The notes below the pieces were generated by a model, which was not told the origin of the DNA, ran no database searches, and saw nothing but the letters and a program-made list of their open reading frames with translations. Below are positions 59,549-64,000 of a stretch of 64,000 nt of DNA, piece after piece. The position numbers and the translations under genes were made by a program. The first letter of the stretch is position 1; the number at the start of each line of letters is the position of its first letter. Location of the stretch: NCBI RefSeq assembly GCF_003334355.1, contig NZ_QOWP01000023.1; one strand, written 5' to 3'. This DNA is from Escherichia coli. Its GTDB lineage: Bacteria; Pseudomonadota; Gammaproteobacteria; Enterobacterales; Enterobacteriaceae.

Positions 59549-59760
59549 TATTTATCGTCACTTAAACGACGCCTTTGCCGCTCAACCGCAAAGCTGACCG
59601 CTTACATCCCTAAAATAACCACTCAGTTATTTACCTTACTTTACGCGCGCGTAACTCTGGCAACATCACTACAGGATAGCGGTCAATTTACCTCCTCAAA
59701 CGCAACGCAAACCTAGAACGGCTTCGGCCAACTATTAATCAATACATGCCAGGTTTTACT

Positions 59761-61911
59761 ATGGATACTAAAAAGATATTCAAGCACATACCCTGGGTGA
59801 TTCTCGGAATCATCGGTGCATTCTGCCTCGCGGTAGTTGCATTACGTCGGGGGGAGCACGTCAGCGCCCTGTGGATCGTGGTCGCCTCTGTGTCGGTGTA
59901 TCTGGTGGCGTATCGCTACTACAGTCTGTACATCGCCCAGAAGGTGATGAAACTCGACCCCACGCGCGCGACGCCTGCGGTTATTAACAACGACGGTCTG
60001 AACTACGTTCCGACCAACCGTTACGTGTTGTTTGGTCACCACTTCGCCGCTATCGCCGGTGCTGGTCCGCTGGTGGGTCCGGTTCTCGCCGCGCAGATGG
60101 GCTACCTGCCTGGCACGCTGTGGCTGCTGGCGGGGGTCGTGCTGGCCGGTGCGGTTCAGGACTTTATGGTGCTGTTTATCTCCTCTCGCCGTAATGGCGC
60201 ATCTCTTGGTGAGATGATCAAAGAAGAGATGGGACCAGTACCGGGGACTATCGCGCTGTTTGGCTGTTTCTTAATCATGATCATCATCCTCGCCGTCCTG
60301 GCGCTGATTGTGGTTAAAGCCCTGGCCGAAAGTCCGTGGGGTGTCTTCACCGTTTGCTCAACCGTACCGATTGCGCTGTTTATGGGTATCTACATGCGCT
60401 TTATCCGTCCGGGGCGTGTGGGTGAAGTCTCTGTCATTGGTATCGTGCTGCTGGTTGCCTCTATCTACTTCGGTGGCGTGATTGCTCACGATCCGTACTG
60501 GGGTCCGGCACTGACCTTTAAAGACACCACCATTACCTTCGCGCTGATTGGCTATGCGTTTGTTTCCGCACTGCTGCCGGTGTGGCTGATCCTCGCACCG
60601 CGCGACTATCTGGCAACCTTCCTGAAAATCGGCGTTATCGTCGGCCTGGCGCTGGGTATCGTGGTGCTGAACCCGGAACTGAAAATGCCTGCGATGACCC
60701 AGTACATTGACGGTACTGGCCCGCTGTGGAAAGGCGCTCTGTTCCCGTTCCTGTTCATCACCATCGCCTGTGGTGCGGTATCTGGCTTCCACGCGCTGAT
60801 CTCTTCCGGTACGACGCCGAAACTGCTGGCTAACGAAACCGACGCGCGTTTCATTGGCTACGGCGCAATGCTGATGGAGTCCTTCGTGGCGATTATGGCG
60901 CTGGTTGCTGCGTCCATCATCGAACCGGGTCTTTACTTCGCGATGAATACCCCGCCTGCGGGCCTTGGCATCACCATGCCTAACCTGCATGAAATGGGTG
61001 GCGAGAACGCGCCGATCATCATGGCGCAGCTGAAAGACGTTACCGCACACGCGGCGGCGACCGTCAGCTCCTGGGGCTTCGTGATTTCGCCAGAGCAGAT
61101 CCTGCAAACCGCGAAAGACATTGGTGAGCCTTCTGTCCTGAACCGTGCAGGTGGTGCGCCGACGCTGGCGGTAGGTATCGCTCATGTGTTCCACAAAGTG
61201 CTGCCGATGGCTGACATGGGCTTCTGGTATCACTTCGGTATTCTGTTCGAAGCCCTGTTCATCCTGACCGCGCTGGATGCGGGTACCCGTTCTGGCCGCT
61301 TTATGCTGCAAGACCTGCTGGGTAACTTCATCCCGTTCCTGAAAAAAACCGACTCTCTGGTTGCCGGTATCATCGGTACTGCGGGCTGTGTGGGTCTGTG
61401 GGGCTACCTGCTGTATCAGGGCGTGGTCGATCCGCTGGGCGGCGTTAAGAGCCTGTGGCCGCTGTTCGGTATCTCCAACCAGATGCTGGCAGCCGTAGCG
61501 CTGGTACTGGGCACCGTTGTGCTGATTAAGATGAAGCGCACCCAATACATCTGGGTAACTGTTGTTCCGGCTGTATGGCTGCTTATCTGCACCACCTGGG
61601 CGCTGGGTCTGAAACTGTTCAGCACCAACCCGCAGATGGAAGGCTTCTTCTACATGGCAAGCCAGTACAAAGAGAAGATTGCTAACGGTACTGACCTGAC
61701 GGCGCAGCAGATTGCCAACATGAACCACATCGTTGTGAACAACTACACCAACGCGGGCCTGAGTATTCTGTTCCTGATTGTGGTGTACAGCATCATCTTC
61801 TACGGTTTCAAAACCTGGCTTGCGGTGCGTAACAGCGACAAACGTACTGACAAAGAAACACCGTACGTTCCAATCCCGGAAGGCGGCGTGAAGATCTCTT
61901 CGCACCACTAA
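59761..61911 (+). CDS. btsT: CstA-family pyruvate/H+ symporter BtsT (YjiY)
   Basis: Listed ORF contains MDTKKIFKHIPWVILGIIGAFCLAVVALRRGEH...; start trimmed to 716-aa form. Confidence 0.92.
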   Translation: MDTKKIFKHIPWVILGIIGAFCLAVVALRRGEHVSALWIVVASVSVYLVAYRYYSLYIAQKVMKLDPTRATPAVINNDGLNYVPTNRYVLFGHHFAAIAGAGPLVGPVLAAQMGYLPGTLWLLAGVVLAGAVQDFMVLFISSRRNGASLGEMIKEEMGPVPGTIALFGCFLIMIIILAVLALIVVKALAESPWGVFTVCSTVPIALFMGIYMRFIRPGRVGEVSVIGIVLLVASIYFGGVIAHDPYWGPALTFKDTTITFALIGYAFVSALLPVWLILAPRDYLATFLKIGVIVGLALGIVVLNPELKMPAMTQYIDGTGPLWKGALFPFLFITIACGAVSGFHALISSGTTPKLLANETDARFIGYGAMLMESFVAIMALVAASIIEPGLYFAMNTPPAGLGITMPNLHEMGGENAPIIMAQLKDVTAHAAATVSSWGFVISPEQILQTAKDIGEPSVLNRAGGAPTLAVGIAHVFHKVLPMADMGFWYHFGILFEALFILTALDAGTRSGRFMLQDLLGNFIPFLKKTDSLVAGIIGTAGCVGLWGYLLYQGVVDPLGGVKSLWPLFGISNQMLAAVALVLGTVVLIKMKRTQYIWVTVVPAVWLLICTTWALGLKLFSTNPQMEGFFYMASQYKEKIANGTDLTAQQIANMNHIVVNNYTNAGLSILFLIVVYSIIFYGFKTWLAVRNSDKRTDKETPYVPIPEGGVKISSHH

Positions 61912-61918
61912 CCGTGTT

Positions 61919-61947
61919 TAGCCCCGCTTCGGCGGGGCTTTGTTCTT
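61919..61947 (+). terminator. Rho-independent terminator downstream of btsT
   Basis: Hairpin agccccgc-ttcg-gcggggct followed by a T-rich tract. Confidence 0.65.
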
Positions 61948-61960
61948 ATCAGAGTGAACT

Positions 61961-62164
61961 ATGTTTGGTAACTTAGGACAGGCAAAAAAATATCTCGGCC
62001 AGGCGGCAAAGATGTTGATTGGCATTCCAGACTACGACAACTACGTCGAGCATATGAAGACCAACCATCCCGACAAGCCGTACATGAGCTATGAAGAATT
62101 CTTCCGCGAACGCCAGAACGCGCGCTACGGCGGCGATGGTAAAGGCGGTATGCGCTGTTGTTAA
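61961..62164 (+). CDS. yjiX: Small protein YjiX (DUF466), CstA-associated
   Basis: 67 aa, [58 protein letters not shown]... Confidence 0.88.
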
Positions 62165-62174
62165 TGGAGAGAGC

Positions 62175-63131
62175 ATGAACCCGATTGCAGTTACCCTACT
62201 CACCGGTTTTTTAGGCGCGGGAAAAACCACCCTGCTGCGCCATATTCTTAACGAACAACACGGCTACAAGATTGCCGTGATTGAAAACGAATTCGGCGAA
62301 GTCTCCGTTGATGATCAACTAATTGGCGACCGCGCCACGCAGATCAAAACGCTGACCAACGGCTGCATCTGCTGTTCGCGCTCCAACGAGCTGGAAGACG
62401 CACTACTCGACCTGCTGGATAATCTCGACAAGGGCAATATTCAGTTTGACCGTCTGGTCATTGAATGCACCGGCATGGCCGATCCCGGCCCGATTATTCA
62501 GACCTTTTTCTCCCATGAGATTTTATGCCAGCGTTACCTGCTGGACGGTGTGATTGCGCTGGTGGATGCGGTACATGCCGACGAGCAGATGAACCAGTTC
62601 ACCATCGCCCAGTCCCAGGTTGGCTACGCCGACCGTATTCTGCTGACCAAAACCGACGTCGCAGGCGAAGCAGAAAAACTGCGTGAACGCCTGGCGCGCA
62701 TCAACGCCCGTGCACCGGTCTACACCGTCACCCACGGCGACATCGACCTGGGCCTGCTGTTCAACACCAACGGTTTTATGCTGGAAGAGAACGTCGTCAG
62801 CACCAAACCGCGTTTCCACTTTATCGCGGATAAACAAAACGATATTTCGTCGATTGTGGTGGAACTGGATTACCCGGTAGATATCAGCGAAGTTTCCCGG
62901 GTGATGGAAAACCTGCTTCTGGAATCGGCAGATAAACTGCTGCGTTACAAAGGGATGCTGTGGATTGACGGCGAACCTAACCGCCTGCTGTTCCAGGGCG
63001 TCCAGCGCCTCTACAGCGCCGACTGGGACCGCCCGTGGGGCGATGAAAAACCGCATAGCACAATGGTGTTTATCGGGATTCAGTTGCCGGAGGAAGAGAT
63101 TCGGGCAGCGTTTGCGGGGTTGAGGAAGTAA
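62175..63131 (+). CDS. yjiA: COG0523-family GTPase / metal chaperone YjiA
   Basis: Listed ORF contains MNPIAVTLLTGFLGAGKTTLLRHILNEQHGYKIAVIENEFGEVSVDDQL...; CxCC motif GCICCS; start trimmed to 318-aa form. Confidence 0.92.
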   Translation: MNPIAVTLLTGFLGAGKTTLLRHILNEQHGYKIAVIENEFGEVSVDDQLIGDRATQIKTLTNGCICCSRSNELEDALLDLLDNLDKGNIQFDRLVIECTGMADPGPIIQTFFSHEILCQRYLLDGVIALVDAVHADEQMNQFTIAQSQVGYADRILLTKTDVAGEAEKLRERLARINARAPVYTVTHGDIDLGLLFNTNGFMLEENVVSTKPRFHFIADKQNDISSIVVELDYPVDISEVSRVMENLLLESADKLLRYKGMLWIDGEPNRLLFQGVQRLYSADWDRPWGDEKPHSTMVFIGIQLPEEEIRAAFAGLRK

Positions 63132-63164
63132 TTTTGGATGATGGCCGCCATGTGGCGGCCTGAA

Positions 63165-63467
63165 TTATTTTTTGTTCTGATCGCGCAGCATCGCTTCACG
63201 TAAAATTGCGTTCAGGCGAGTTTGATAGCCTTTACCTGGTCGCTTCAACCATTCCATCACATCAGCATCAATACGCACCGAAGCCTGAGTTTTCAATGGC
63301 CGATAAAACTTACCGCGTTCGGCGTTAGACCATTGCTCATCGCTGGAAGGTGGGATATCACTGTAATCAATATCTTCGTCGGATTTATTCGTCAGCGCCT
63401 TCAGTTCGGCCTCATGCTGCACATCGAGTGTAGAGGAGGTCCCTCGTTTATGTTTAACCATGCTCAT
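63165..63467 (-). CDS. BrnA-like antitoxin (COG3514/DUF4415-type)
   Basis: C-terminal signature VRIDADVMEWLKRPGKGYQTRLNAILREAM; start chosen at the Met preceded by SD-like gaggaa, overlapping the upstream toxin stop (100 aa). Confidence 0.75.
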   Translation of the reverse strand: MSMVKHKRGTSSTLDVQHEAELKALTNKSDEDIDYSDIPPSSDEQWSNAERGKFYRPLKTQASVRIDADVMEWLKRPGKGYQTRLNAILREAMLRDQNKK

Positions 63468-63741
63468 AGCGATTCCTCTCTTTACGATCTGCTTTTCGTG
63501 CACTGATGATTCGAATAATTTCATTTCCGCTTTCGAAACGGATGGTATGCGCAACCAGAATAACCACGATGCCGTAAACCAGGCCGATTGTCTGCCAGCG
63601 ATACTCACCGTTTTCTATGCGTTCTTGCTGTGACAAATGTTGTGGATCATCAAACAATAACACCGCATCTTCAAAGCGGATGCCATGTTTCACCCGATTA
63701 CTTTTGGCCTTGTTTTCATCCCATTCAAACTCCATTGGCAT
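63454..63741 (-). CDS. BrnT-like toxin (DUF497 ribonuclease-type)
   Basis: MPMEFEWDENKAKSNRVKHGIRFEDAVLLFDDP...IRIISARKADRKERNRYE matches the BrnT/DUF497 pattern; start at the ATG with SD-like aggga 8 nt upstream (listed ORF begins at an upstream TTG). Confidence 0.75.
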   Translation of the reverse strand: MPMEFEWDENKAKSNRVKHGIRFEDAVLLFDDPQHLSQQERIENGEYRWQTIGLVYGIVVILVAHTIRFESGNEIIRIISARKADRKERNRYEHG

Positions 63742-63924
63742 AATTGCCATCCCTAATTGTATATACAAAAATGTATCTACAATTATTCTGCAATTATAGC
63801 GTTGATGTTGGAAATAGCATCACGTTTCGAATAATCAACCATGAAATTGACAATGAGTAAGTTGGACTTGATTCATCCAATAGAATTTCTCGCCTGACAT
63901 GGCACACTAAACACCTCGCTGTCG

Positions 63925-64000
63925 GGTAATGACTCCAACTTACTGATAGTGTTTTATGTTCAGATAATGCCCGATGACCTTGTCATGCAGCTCCACCGAT
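63925..64000 (-). mobile_element. IS1 insertion sequence, terminal 76 bp (truncated by window end)
   Basis: ggtaatgactccaacttactgatagtgttttatgttcagataatgcccgatgaccttgtcatgcagctccaccgat matches the remembered IS1 inverted repeat and adjacent insB-distal sequence. Confidence 0.85.

Noticed and set aside
60358-61908. 516-aa minus-strand ORF antisense to btsT
   Set aside because: It fully overlaps the well-supported btsT gene, has an Arg/His/Gln-rich low-complexity composition typical of antisense frames of GC-rich genes, and has no recognisable domain.

Overview
This window is Escherichia coli chromosome, reverse-complemented relative to the K-12 convention and spanning the conventional origin of genome numbering (thrL). 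Gene order is satP(partial)-mog-talB-yaaJ-yaaA-yaaX-thrCBA-thrL | lasT-yjjY-arcA-creDCBA-rob-gpmB-yjjX-trpR-slt-ettA-nadR-radA-serB-ytjB-lplA-deoDBAC-yjjI-yjjW-yjjV-yjjU-ytjA-osmY-prfC-yjjG-rimI-holD-rsmC-tRNA-Leu-yjjZ-fhuF-bglJ-yjjQ-yjjP-yjjB-dnaT-dnaC-yjjA-opgB-lgoD-lgoR-lgoT-tsr-btsT-yjiX-yjiA. Nearly all of it is conserved core genome, identified by reading the supplied translations against well-known E. coli proteins; no search was run, and the K-12 comparisons are from memory. I found no CRISPR array, no prophage and no convincing novel multi-gene system inside the window. Three loci depart from what I recall of K-12 MG1655: (1) the last ~900 bp, where a BrnT/BrnA-like toxin-antitoxin pair and the terminus of an IS1 copy follow yjiA in place of mrr, so the window appears to end at the edge of the immigration-control-region defence hotspot; (2) the lplA-deoD gap, where yjjJ/hipH is absent and only an 87-aa HTH-only ORF remains; (3) a single tRNA-Leu where K-12 has three. 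The best candidate for anything new is the island that begins at the right edge and continues beyond the window. REP/BIME repeats generate most of the spurious ORFs in the six-frame track.
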